Shown: one piece after another, positions 27,997 through 37,371 of the stretch
Numbering within the stretch: the first letter of the stretch is position 1
Layout: every line of letters starts with the position of its first letter
Assembly: GCA_009699125.1 (NCBI GenBank)
Contig: WLOT01000001.1
Coordinates: 1 to 44,899, forward strand
Direction of reading: 5' to 3'
DNA: 44,899 nucleotides
DNA from: Actinomycetota bacterium
Lineage (GTDB): Bacteria > Actinomycetota > Acidimicrobiia > Acidimicrobiales > Acidimicrobilacustridaceae
Program-made: the position numbers and the translations under genes
The notes under the pieces: model-generated
What the model was told of the DNA's origin: nothing
Databases searched by the model: none
What the model saw: only the letters and a program-made list of their open reading frames with translations

Positions 27997-28575
27997 TCAG
28001 GAACCAGAAGCGAGCGTGGCCTTGACCTTGCTCAACTGGTAGCCGGAGAAGAGGAACAACAGGCCAAGCAACGTGAGGCCGATGCCGATCACGACGCCGA
28101 GCACGTTCGTGGTCGCTGTGGGCCACACCATGATGACGACGCCAATGGCGATGGTGATGAGACCCTCGATGAGGAGTGCGCCTCGGCCGCCTTCCTTGCC
28201 GACCATGAATGAGACGACAACAGCGATGAGGCCAGTGATCACGAAATCGAGGCCGACAAGCCAAACGATGACCGTGACAGTTGCGCCTGTCCAGAAGATG
28301 AGAGCAATACCAAAGCCGAAGTTGATGAGGCCACGGATGAGCAACAGGCCCCAGTAGGTGCCGCGGCGATGGGTGGTGACTGCCTCGGCGGCCTGGCCGA
28401 AGCCCGAGACCACGAAGAGGAATCCGATGATGATCGCGATGATTTGAAGCTCGCGATCGGGGCGGAACAGCAGGACAAGGCCGGCGATGAGGCTGATGAA
28501 GCCAATCGAGTAGGCGGTGATTCTGGAGCCTCGTAGGAGGTCCATTGTGGAACGATCATCGGATGCAGCAGTCAT
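27997..28575 (-). CDS. HdeD/DUF308 family membrane protein
   Basis: Six short TM segments in repeated G...G...P units. ATG 28575 follows GGAGG. Confidence 0.8.
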   Translation of the reverse strand: MTAASDDRSTMDLLRGSRITAYSIGFISLIAGLVLLFRPDRELQIIAIIIGFLFVVSGFGQAAEAVTTHRRGTYWGLLLIRGLINFGFGIALIFWTGATVTVIVWLVGLDFVITGLIAVVVSFMVGKEGGRGALLIEGLITIAIGVVIMVWPTATTNVLGVVIGIGLTLLGLLFLFSGYQLSKVKATLASGS

Positions 28576-28756
28576 AGAGACCTCCGGGTTGTAAGGGTGT
28601 TGAAAGGTTCTCGAAAGGCTAGGACCCGCCTTCGGGAGGCTCAGGGATCCCCGGAGCAGGATCGGGGGAGTGACGCTACGATCGCCGGGCATCACATCGG
28701 TGTAATTCGCCGAGTTGCGGACCCATTCGAACACCAGCGCTACGGAGCCCTCAGCG

Positions 28757-31700
28757 GTGCCCGATTCCTTTACCCACCTGCATTTGCATACCGAGTTCTC
28801 GATGCTCGACGGAGCCGCGCGTGTCGGTGAAGTGGTGGCTGCGGCAGCGGCCGATGGTCAGCCGGCGGTCGGCATTACTGATCACGGCAACATGTACGGC
28901 GTCCTCGATTTCTACAAGGCGGCCAAAGAGGTCGGCGTGAAGCCGATCATTGGTTCCGAGCTCTACCAGGCCTACGACAGCCGTACTGAGCGCCCCACTC
29001 GTCGAGGCCGTATGGACGATTCCGGTGGCGAGGCCGAAGGTGGGCGAAAGGCGTACTACCACCTCACCGCATTGGCCGAGAATGCCACGGGCTACAAGAA
29101 CCTCATTCAACTTTCGAGCCGGGCGTTCCTCGAGGGTTATTACATGAAGCCCAAGGTCGACTGGGAACTTCTCGAAGAGCATCACGATGGCCTCATCGTT
29201 ACGAGCGGTTGTTTGGGTGGGCAGGTGCTGCAGGCGCTGATGAATGGCGACGAACGCGGCGCGCTTGAAAAGGCGGCTCGACTCCAGGACATCTTCGGAC
29301 GCGACAACTTCTTCGTCGAGATCCAAGATCACGGCATTCCCGAACAAAAGACCACGAATCCTCAATTACTCGAGATCGCCCGCGCTATCAAAGCGCCATT
29401 GGTTGCAACAAACGACAGTCACTACGTGCATCAGCACGACGCTGTCTCGCACGACGCGTTGCTGTGTGTGCAAACCGGTTCACTCATGAGCGATCCCGAT
29501 CGCTTCAAGTTTCATGGCGACCAGCACTACCTCAAGACCGCTGCAGAAATGCGTTGGCTCTTCGACGAAGTTCCAGAAGCGTGCGACAACACGCTTTGGA
29601 TCGCCGAACGGTGCGATGTCGAAATTGAATTCGGCAATCCGCAACTTCCGAATTTCCCGCTACCTGAAGGTTTCGAAAACGACGCCGAGTACCTGCGCCA
29701 TCTGACCTTCGAAGGGGCGAAAGAACGCTGGGGCCAGCAACTGCCCGATCACGTTGTTGAGCGTTTGGTCTACGAACTTCAGGTCATCGCCGACATGGGC
29801 TTTTCGTCGTATTTCCTGATCGTGTGGGATCTCATCAAGCACGCACGTGACAACAACATTCGTGTTGGTCCGGGTCGAGGTTCTGCTGCCGGTTGTGCGG
29901 TGGCCTACACCTTGCGCATCACCGATCTCGACCCCATCGAATACGACTTGCTCTTTGAGCGGTTCCTTAACCCGAGCCGTGTCTCAATGCCCGATATCGA
30001 CATGGACTTCGACTCGCGCTACCGAGACGAAATGATTCGCTACGCGGCCGAGAAGTACGGCCGCGATCACGTTGCTCAGATCGTGACGTTCTCCACGATC
30101 AAGGCCCGTGCTGCTGTGCGCGACGCGGCGCGGGTGCTCGGTTACCCCTACGCGGTGGGCGACAAGGTCGCGAAGCTCATGCCGCCATTGGTGATGGGTC
30201 GCGACACACCGTTGCACGCATGCTTCGAAGAAACTCCGAAGTTCGCCGACGGTTTCAAGATGGCGGCCGACCTGCGTGAGGTCTACGCCAACGACAACGA
30301 CGCGCGTCAGGTCATCGATGTTGCTCGTGGCCTCGAAGGGCTGCGTCGCCAGGACGGCATCCATGCCGCGGCTGTGGTGATTACCAAAGAGCCGCTCACC
30401 GAATACCTGCCCATTCAGCGCAAGCCAGAAGCAGGTTCCGATCCCGAACTCGCGCCGGTCGTCACGCAGTACGAAATGCATGGCGTCGAGGAACTTGGCC
30501 TCCTCAAAATGGACTTCTTGGGCCTGCGCAACCTCGATGTCATCACCGACACGCTCGCGATGCTCAAGATCACCCAAGGCATCGATGTCGATATCGACAC
30601 CGTTCCGCTCGATGACGACCTCACGCTGCAGTTGTTGCGTAATGGCGACTCCATTGGCGTGTTCCAGCTCGAAGGCGGACCAATGCGCGCACTCATGCGC
30701 TCGCTGGCTCCTACTTCATTTGAAGACGTCGCCGCTCTCGTTGCTCTGTATCGCCCAGGCCCGATGGCCGCCAACATGCACAACGACTACGCCGATCGTA
30801 AGAACGGTCGTAAGCCGATCGATTACTTGCACGACGATCTCGCCGACCTTCTCGGCGACACCTATGGACTGATGATCTACCAAGAGTCCGTGATGCGAGT
30901 CGCGCAGAAGTTCGCTGGGTATTCGCTCGCCGACGCCGACAATCTCCGTAAAGCGTGCGGCAAGAAAGTTCGCGAGCTGATTCAGAAAGAGCGCGAAAAG
31001 TTCGTCGAAGGTTGCGACACCTCTGGGTACGGTCGCGAAATCGGTTCGGCATTGTTCGACGTCATCGAACCATTCGCCGATTACGCGTTCAACAAGAGTC
31101 ACAGTTACGGCTACGGACTCATCGCGTATCAAACCGCGTATCTCAAAGCGCATTATCCAGTCGAGTATCTGGCCGCACTTCTCACGAGCGTCAAGACAAA
31201 TCTCGACAAAGCGGCCGTGTATCTCAATGAATGTCGACAAATGGGAATCGAGGTTCTCGTTCCTGATGTCAACATTTCGGTAAGCGACTTCATCGCGTTC
31301 GATAAGCCGGACGGCACTCGCGCAATCGCGTTCGGCATGTCGGCAGTCCGCAATGTTGGCGAAGGTCTTGTCGGTCTCATGCTGGCTGAGCGAGACGAAA
31401 ACGGGCCCTTCGAAGATTTCTTCAATTTCTGTGATCGCGTCGATGTCAGCGTTCTCAACAAACGAACGCTTGAGTCACTCATCAAGGCAGGCGGCTTCGA
31501 TTCCATGGGCTATTCCCGAAAGGGTTTGCTCGGGTACTTCGATCGCATCATCGACGACACCGTTGCGCGCCGGCGCAAAGAAGCCGAAGGACAGTTCGAT
31601 CTCTTTTCGATGGCCGATGATGACGACGACGGCGCACTCGTTGCCGGCACCCGAATCGTCATCCCTGAAGAAGATTTCGATAAGCGGCAGCGACTCGCCT

Positions 31701-32296
31701 TCGAAAAAGAAATGCTTGGCCTCTACGTCTCCGATCATCCGCTTATGGGTGCCGAGGCATCGTTACGTCGTCGTACCGAAACGACCATCGCCGAACTCGA
31801 AGGCGTCGAAGACGGCACAATGCGCACGACCGGTGGCCTGGTGACCTCGCTGCAGAAGAAATGGACCCGCAAGGGCGACCTCATGGCGGTCTTCACTCTC
31901 GAAGATCTCCAGTCCACCGTCGAGGTCATGGTGTTCCCCAAGACGATGCAGAACTACGGCCATCTTCTCGATGACGACGCTGTGGTCATCGTCCGAGGCC
32001 GAGTCGACACCCGAGACGACCAGCCCAAACTTATGGCGATGGAGCTTGAACGCTTCGAGCCTGTTGTCGATGGAAATCCACCGGTCCACATCAATCTCCG
32101 ACCAGCAGCCCTCTCTGATGAGCTCCTGAGCGCTCTCAAGGCCTTGCTGTCAGAGCATCCCGGCGAATCTCAGGTCTTTCTCCACATCGGGGAGCGCCAG
32201 GTTTTGCTCCTCCCGGAGAATTTCGCAGTCTCTGCCACCGCCGGGCTTCTCGCCGAGCTCAGGGAATTGCTTGGCCCAGAGGCAGTCACGGCCTGA
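28757..32296 (+). CDS. dnaE: DNA polymerase III alpha subunit (replicative DnaE1 type)
   Basis: HLHLHTEFSMLDG, TDHGNM, TNDSHY (PHP domain), GRGSAAG, PDIDMD, KMDFLGL, FNKSHS, OB fold; no intein seen. GTG 28757 follows GGAG. Confidence 0.97.
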   Translation: MPDSFTHLHLHTEFSMLDGAARVGEVVAAAAADGQPAVGITDHGNMYGVLDFYKAAKEVGVKPIIGSELYQAYDSRTERPTRRGRMDDSGGEAEGGRKAYYHLTALAENATGYKNLIQLSSRAFLEGYYMKPKVDWELLEEHHDGLIVTSGCLGGQVLQALMNGDERGALEKAARLQDIFGRDNFFVEIQDHGIPEQKTTNPQLLEIARAIKAPLVATNDSHYVHQHDAVSHDALLCVQTGSLMSDPDRFKFHGDQHYLKTAAEMRWLFDEVPEACDNTLWIAERCDVEIEFGNPQLPNFPLPEGFENDAEYLRHLTFEGAKERWGQQLPDHVVERLVYELQVIADMGFSSYFLIVWDLIKHARDNNIRVGPGRGSAAGCAVAYTLRITDLDPIEYDLLFERFLNPSRVSMPDIDMDFDSRYRDEMIRYAAEKYGRDHVAQIVTFSTIKARAAVRDAARVLGYPYAVGDKVAKLMPPLVMGRDTPLHACFEETPKFADGFKMAADLREVYANDNDARQVIDVARGLEGLRRQDGIHAAAVVITKEPLTEYLPIQRKPEAGSDPELAPVVTQYEMHGVEELGLLKMDFLGLRNLDVITDTLAMLKITQGIDVDIDTVPLDDDLTLQLLRNGDSIGVFQLEGGPMRALMRSLAPTSFEDVAALVALYRPGPMAANMHNDYADRKNGRKPIDYLHDDLADLLGDTYGLMIYQESVMRVAQKFAGYSLADADNLRKACGKKVRELIQKEREKFVEGCDTSGYGREIGSALFDVIEPFADYAFNKSHSYGYGLIAYQTAYLKAHYPVEYLAALLTSVKTNLDKAAVYLNECRQMGIEVLVPDVNISVSDFIAFDKPDGTRAIAFGMSAVRNVGEGLVGLMLAERDENGPFEDFFNFCDRVDVSVLNKRTLESLIKAGGFDSMGYSRKGLLGYFDRIIDDTVARRRKEAEGQFDLFSMADDDDDGALVAGTRIVIPEEDFDKRQRLAFEKEMLGLYVSDHPLMGAEASLRRRTETTIAELEGVEDGTMRTTGGLVTSLQKKWTRKGDLMAVFTLEDLQSTVEVMVFPKTMQNYGHLLDDDAVVIVRGRVDTRDDQPKLMAMELERFEPVVDGNPPVHINLRPAALSDELLSALKALLSEHPGESQVFLHIGERQVLLLPENFAVSATAGLLAELRELLGPEAVTA

Positions 32297-32377
32297 CATC
32301 GGGGGCCGAATTGCGTTAGCGGGCGAGTCGGGGTGAACTAGTACTCCGGTTTTGTCTGTTTCAGGGGCTGTTGAACC

Positions 32378-33046
32378 ATGGCTATCAAGGTCGTTACCAA
32401 GGACTGCACCCAACTCAGTGATGCTGAGTTGGCCGAGATGGCAGATATCTGCGCGGATGGGCCGAGCCTCTACGAGGTCGGACAACTCTCCAAGCAGGTC
32501 GAGGCATGGGTCCTCGTGTCACTCGCCCGAGAAGGCAATGGCCTTAAGGGCTTCTCGTTCTGCACACTCGAGCGCATCGGTGGCACGCCAAGCGTGCTCA
32601 TCGGTCTTGCCTCGATCAAGCGCACCTCGAAGCGTTCGTCGGTCCTGCGTGCGATCCTCGCTGACCAGTTCAAGCGTGCCGTCATGGCGTTCCCTGACGA
32701 AGACGTGCTTATGGGCACTCGCTTCGCAACGGCAAGCGGCTTCGAAGCGTTCCGCACTCTCGACGACATCATTCCTCGCCCGGACCATAAGGCCACCGGC
32801 GAAGAGCGAGCGTGGGGTCGCCGTCTCGCAAAGCGATTCGGTATCGATACGAGTTCGTATGACGACAAGACCTTCATCGCCACTGGCGATGGTTCATTCC
32901 CATTGGCGCTCGATTACGAATCACTCGAAGCCGACAAGATTGATCCGCAGATCGTCGCGTTGTTCAAGAGCGTCGGCGCCAAGCGAGGCGACTCTCTCGT
33001 TGCCTTTGGTTGGGCAATGGCCGAGGATCTCGCCAAGATCAAGTGA
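32378..33046 (+). CDS. uncharacterised soluble protein, possible degenerate GNAT-like fold
   Basis: Clean 222-aa ORF with host-like codon use between dnaE and the nitroreductase. Beta-beta-beta-alpha pattern by eye only. Confidence 0.75.
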   Translation: MAIKVVTKDCTQLSDAELAEMADICADGPSLYEVGQLSKQVEAWVLVSLAREGNGLKGFSFCTLERIGGTPSVLIGLASIKRTSKRSSVLRAILADQFKRAVMAFPDEDVLMGTRFATASGFEAFRTLDDIIPRPDHKATGEERAWGRRLAKRFGIDTSSYDDKTFIATGDGSFPLALDYESLEADKIDPQIVALFKSVGAKRGDSLVAFGWAMAEDLAKIK

Positions 33047-33062
33047 TCTTTAGGTCGGCGTA

Positions 33063-33662
33063 GTGCAATTCGCCGACGTTGTTGCAAACAGGCGCATGGT
33101 TCGTGCGTTCAAAGCGCGTCCAGTGCCATCGGATGTCCTTGATCGCGTTCTTGATCTTGCGCGTCGAGTGCCTGCGGCAGGAAATACCCAAGGCCTTGAT
33201 CTGGTGGTGCTCGAAGGAGAGCAGACCCAGCGTTACTGGGACGCGTCATTGCCGATGGAACGTCGGGCCGCGTTTCCTTGGCCACGACTTCTTGATGCTC
33301 CGGTGTTGATCATTCCCGTGTCGTGGCCTGCCGCCTATGTGGAGCGCTATGGCGAGGCGGATAAAGCACGCACTGGACTCGGTGAAAGTGAAGAGTCCTG
33401 GTCCGTCCCGTATTGGTACGTCGATACAGCGTTCGCGGCGATGGTCGCGATGTTGGCAGCTGTCGATGAAGGACTCGGCGCGTTGTTCTTCGGTCAGTTC
33501 GAACACGAAATGGCCGTGAAGGATGCCCTCGGCATTCCCGCTGACCGCCGGCCAGTCGGAACAATCGCTCTTGGTTACGCCGCCGACGAGCAGCGCCCGA
33601 GCGCGTCGTCGAAGCGGCCACGTCGACCCTTCGATGAGGTCGTGCACCGCGGCGGTTGGTAA
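33063..33662 (+). CDS. nitroreductase family protein
   Basis: RRMVRAF, PAAGNTQ, AVDEGLGALF and IALGY motifs. Confidence 0.9.
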   Translation: MQFADVVANRRMVRAFKARPVPSDVLDRVLDLARRVPAAGNTQGLDLVVLEGEQTQRYWDASLPMERRAAFPWPRLLDAPVLIIPVSWPAAYVERYGEADKARTGLGESEESWSVPYWYVDTAFAAMVAMLAAVDEGLGALFFGQFEHEMAVKDALGIPADRRPVGTIALGYAADEQRPSASSKRPRRPFDEVVHRGGW

Positions 33663-35648
33663 CTAGTCGAGTGCGCTAAGTCGCTCGTCGAGTTCTTCGA
33701 TGGTCGATGCCGGTGCTGCGCACACCATTTGGCGACAGACGTAGGCCCGTCCGTCGGGGCCAACTTCGTCGCGGCCTTCCCAGAGTGGCGAGGAGCCTGG
33801 GGTTCCCCATGTGAGAACGCTACGGGGCAGCCAGCGCCGTTGGGCCTCGGCGACGAGGTCAGGGCGGTCTCCTGAGACGACGATTTCGTCAACGCCGAGA
33901 ACGCGTAGTTCGGCAGCGAGAAGGAGATGGCCAAAGCCGAGTGGCAAACGTGCCGCCGCTTCGGCAAGTCGATCGACGATCGCCGTCGCAAACTCACGAT
34001 GACCTTCGTTTCCGGTGAGGGCTGCGAGCCGGAGAAGGCCAACGGCAGCGAGGCTGTTTGAGCAGGCCGTGGCGTTGTCCATGAGTTCTTTGGGGCGGGC
34101 AACGAGTTGATCGCCATCGGTGCCGTTTGTGTAGACGCCGATGTCGTCGGGATCGCCGAACAATTCGATGAGCGCGTCTGCGGTTGTTGTCGCTTCGTTG
34201 AGCCAGCGCGGATCACCGGTTGCCTCATGGACGCGAACGAATGCATCGACGAGAGCGCCGTAGTCAGCGCTAAAGGCCAAGACGCGAGCTTCGCCCTGCC
34301 ACGAACGCATCCAGCGACCGTTCACGCGCAGGTTGTCGCACAGGAAGTTTGCGTTGGTAACCGCAGCCTCAAGCCACTTGGCTGAACCGGTTGCTGCTGC
34401 CGCCTCGGCAATCGTGGAAAGCATGAGGGCGTTCCATTCGGTGAGCACCTTGTCGTCGAGGCCAGGCCGAATTCGCTTGTTCCTCTCGGCGAGAAGCGCC
34501 ACTCGGCCGCGTTCGACGGCATCGGGACGAGCAAGGTCGCCGCGCACGACACGCTCGAGGATGTTGGTGTGTTCCCAATTGCCGTGGTCGGTGACTCCAA
34601 ACCATTCGATGACGGCATCGGCGTCCTCGCCGCAAATTGCACGAATCTCGTCGATCGACCAGACGTAGAACTTTCCTTCGACACCTTCGGAGTCGGCATC
34701 TTCGGCGGAATAGAAACCGCCAAGCGGGTGTCGGAGATCGCGCAGTACGTAGTCGATGGTCTCTTCGAGTGTTTGAAGAAAGCGAGGTTCGCCTGTGAGT
34801 TGCCATGCGTGCAGATAAACGCGTGCGAGAAGCGCTTCGTCGTAGAGCATCTTTTCGAAATGGGGAATGAGCCAACGTTTGTCGGTGGCATAACGGGCGA
34901 AGCCGCCCCCGAGGTGGTCGTAAATGCCACCTGCCGCCATTGCATCGAGGGAAAGGAGTGCGGCATCGAGTGCAGCGGAATCGCCGGTACGGGCGTAGTG
35001 GCGGAGCAATGCGTCGATAGCGAATGTTTGAGGGAACTTCGGTGCAGCTCCGAATCCGCCATCGGTCTTGTCGATTTGGCCCACGAGTGCGGAAGTCGCC
35101 GCTGCAAAGAGTGAACCGTCAGGTTCCTGGGTTGGGCGGGGGAGTTGGACGCCCTCGTCGATGGCTTCGGTGACAGTGGCGGCTTGTTCAACGAGTTCAT
35201 CGCGTCGGGTGTGCCACAACTCGTTAATGCGTTCGCAGAGTTCGGCAAAGCCAAGATGACCGCCACGCGAGGTCTTTGGAAAATAGGTTCCGGCAAAGAA
35301 CGGTCGGCCGTCGGGGAGGGAGAAAACTGTCATTGGCCAACCACCGTGACCGTTCATTGCTTGAACGGCATCCATGTAGACCGCGTCGACATCGGGTCGT
35401 TCCTCGCGATCGACCTTGACGTTGACGAACAACCGATTCATGAGTTCGCCAGTGGCTTCGTCTTCGAAAGACTCATGAGCCATGACGTGGCACCAATGGC
35501 AGGCCGAATAGCCGACAGAAATGAGAACGGGAACGTCACGGCGTTCCGCTTCGGCCAGCGCTTCAGGCCCCCATGGCCACCAATCAACGGGGTTGTCGGC
35601 GTGCTGGCGCAGGTACGGGCTGGTTTCGTTCGCGAGGCGATTTGTCAC
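33663..35648 (-). CDS. YyaL/SSP411-like thioredoxin-domain, (alpha/alpha)6-barrel protein
   Basis: [50 protein letters not shown] and [12 protein letters not shown] motifs. Confidence 0.93.
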   Translation of the reverse strand: MTNRLANETSPYLRQHADNPVDWWPWGPEALAEAERRDVPVLISVGYSACHWCHVMAHESFEDEATGELMNRLFVNVKVDREERPDVDAVYMDAVQAMNGHGGWPMTVFSLPDGRPFFAGTYFPKTSRGGHLGFAELCERINELWHTRRDELVEQAATVTEAIDEGVQLPRPTQEPDGSLFAAATSALVGQIDKTDGGFGAAPKFPQTFAIDALLRHYARTGDSAALDAALLSLDAMAAGGIYDHLGGGFARYATDKRWLIPHFEKMLYDEALLARVYLHAWQLTGEPRFLQTLEETIDYVLRDLRHPLGGFYSAEDADSEGVEGKFYVWSIDEIRAICGEDADAVIEWFGVTDHGNWEHTNILERVVRGDLARPDAVERGRVALLAERNKRIRPGLDDKVLTEWNALMLSTIAEAAAATGSAKWLEAAVTNANFLCDNLRVNGRWMRSWQGEARVLAFSADYGALVDAFVRVHEATGDPRWLNEATTTADALIELFGDPDDIGVYTNGTDGDQLVARPKELMDNATACSNSLAAVGLLRLAALTGNEGHREFATAIVDRLAEAAARLPLGFGHLLLAAELRVLGVDEIVVSGDRPDLVAEAQRRWLPRSVLTWGTPGSSPLWEGRDEVGPDGRAYVCRQMVCAAPASTIEELDERLSALD

Positions 35649-35688
35649 GGGCGGGAGGGTATCGGCGATGAGGTCCTACGATGCGGTC

Positions 35689-36516
35689 ATGTCGCAGATC
35701 CCTCGTATCGAATTCAATGACGGTCATTCCATCCCACAGATCGGATTCGGCGTCTTTCAGATTCCCGCAGAAGAAGCCGAGCAGCTTGTTGGTCAGGCCA
35801 TCGATACCGGGTATCGACACATCGATACTGCGTGGGGCTATTTCAACGAGGAAGGCGTCGGCGCCGCAGTGAACAATTGCGGCCTGCCCCGTGAGGACAT
35901 CTTCGTCACGACGAAGGTCTGGAACAGCTCGCAGGGCCGAGCCCTCTCGACGGAATCGCTCGAGCGTTCACTCGAAACCCTTGGATTCGATTATCTCGAT
36001 CTGCTCCTGATTCATTGGCCGGCTCCGGCAAACGATCTCTACGTTGAAACCTGGGAAACGTTCATTGAACTTCGTGACTCCGGACGGGTTCGCTCGATCG
36101 GTGTCTCCAACTTCGAGCCAGAACACCTGCACCGCATCATCGAAGCAACCGGTGTCGTCCCGGCGCTCAATCAGGTGGAACTGCATCCGTTCTTCCAACA
36201 GAAACTGCTTCGTGATTTCCACGATCTCCACGGGATCGTCACCGAAGCATGGGGCCCCATTGCTCGTGGTGCGGTTGACAATGATCCGCTGCTCGTGATG
36301 TTGGCGAACAACTACGGACGCACTCCTGCGCAGATCACGCTGCGCTGGGAGATCCAACATGGCATCGTCACCATTCCGAAATCGGCAACGCTGTCGCGAA
36401 TCCAATCGAACTTCGATGTGTTCGACTTCACGATCACTGAAGATGACATGGCGATGATTGACGCGATCGATCGCGAAGACGGCCGCTTCGGGCCGCTTCC
36501 GTCAGATCTGAACTAA
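35689..36516 (+). CDS. aldo/keto reductase (2,5-diketo-D-gluconate reductase-like)
   Basis: Catalytic tetrad contexts IDTA/Y/TTKVWN/IHWP, plus IGVSNF, NQVELHP and IPKS. ATG 35689 lies 6 nt after TACGAT. Confidence 0.93.
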   Translation: MSQIPRIEFNDGHSIPQIGFGVFQIPAEEAEQLVGQAIDTGYRHIDTAWGYFNEEGVGAAVNNCGLPREDIFVTTKVWNSSQGRALSTESLERSLETLGFDYLDLLLIHWPAPANDLYVETWETFIELRDSGRVRSIGVSNFEPEHLHRIIEATGVVPALNQVELHPFFQQKLLRDFHDLHGIVTEAWGPIARGAVDNDPLLVMLANNYGRTPAQITLRWEIQHGIVTIPKSATLSRIQSNFDVFDFTITEDDMAMIDAIDREDGRFGPLPSDLN

Positions 36517-36527
36517 TCGAATCTTCG

Positions 36528-37346
36528 CTATTTGCCCTGAAAGTTCGGGGTGCGCTTTTCGGCGAAGGCCTTCATGCCTTCTTTGGCATCTTCCGAGCGC
36601 ATGACTGGCGAAACGAAACCGATCTCGATTGGCTGTGCTTCCGCCTCAGGAAGCCAGCCTGTCGCGATGGCCGACGCTTTCGCCGCTTTGACTGCGAGCG
36701 GTCCATTCGCACAAATCACATCGGCGATCTCGCGAGCTTTGGCCATTCCTTCACCGCTGGGTGCGATATGGCTTACAAGTCCCCAGCGAAGTGCTTCGTC
36801 GGCATCGAGCACGCGACCGGTGATGAGCATGTCCATCGCGACGGCATAGGGGATCTGTCGCTTTAGGCGCATTGTTGATCCGGCGCCGGCAATGAGGCCC
36901 CGCTTCACTTCGGGGACGCCGAACGTGGCGTGTTGCTCGGCGATACGAATGTCGGTTGCCTGCAACATTTCGCAACCACCGCCCATGCACTGCCCGTTCA
37001 CGACAGCGATGATCGGTTTCGTGCACCAATGAGTGAGGAGCAAACCCTTGCCGACAACACCGGGATCGTCCTTGAGGCGTTCTTGAATTCGCTTCGCTTC
37101 TTCCGTGACTTCGCCTGACATCCAGCCGTCGTTTAAATCGCCGCCGGCGCAATAGGCGACATCGCCGGCGCCGGTGAGGATCACGCAGCGAATGGAATCG
37201 TCGGAGTCGGCGAGGTCCCATGCATCGGCGAAGCGAACGAGCATGTCGGGCACCAATGCATTTCGACGATGCGGTCGATTCATTGTGAGGATGAGCACTG
37301 GTCCTTCGCGTTCGACAAGAAGGCTTGGTGCATCGGTTTCAGGCAT
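36528..37346 (-). CDS. crotonase / enoyl-CoA hydratase family protein
   Basis: NRPHRRNA, YCAGGDL, GGGCE, PEVKRG and EGMKAFAEKRTPNF motifs. ATG 37346 follows AAAGGGGA. Confidence 0.92.
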   Translation of the reverse strand: MPETDAPSLLVEREGPVLILTMNRPHRRNALVPDMLVRFADAWDLADSDDSIRCVILTGAGDVAYCAGGDLNDGWMSGEVTEEAKRIQERLKDDPGVVGKGLLLTHWCTKPIIAVVNGQCMGGGCEMLQATDIRIAEQHATFGVPEVKRGLIAGAGSTMRLKRQIPYAVAMDMLITGRVLDADEALRWGLVSHIAPSGEGMAKAREIADVICANGPLAVKAAKASAIATGWLPEAEAQPIEIGFVSPVMRSEDAKEGMKAFAEKRTPNFQGK

Positions 37347-37371
37347 GGGTTCCCCTTTGGTGCAAGTGTCG

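Noticed and set aside
28757-32296. Intein or split in dnaE
   Set aside because: Length is normal (about 1180 aa), motifs are contiguous and no intein terminal or LAGLIDADG motifs were seen.
14318-35720. Antisense ORFs of 150-330 aa opposite ftsZ, ileS, dnaE and yyaL-like genes
   Set aside because: Expected shadow ORFs from GC-rich codon bias; they fully overlap well-supported genes.
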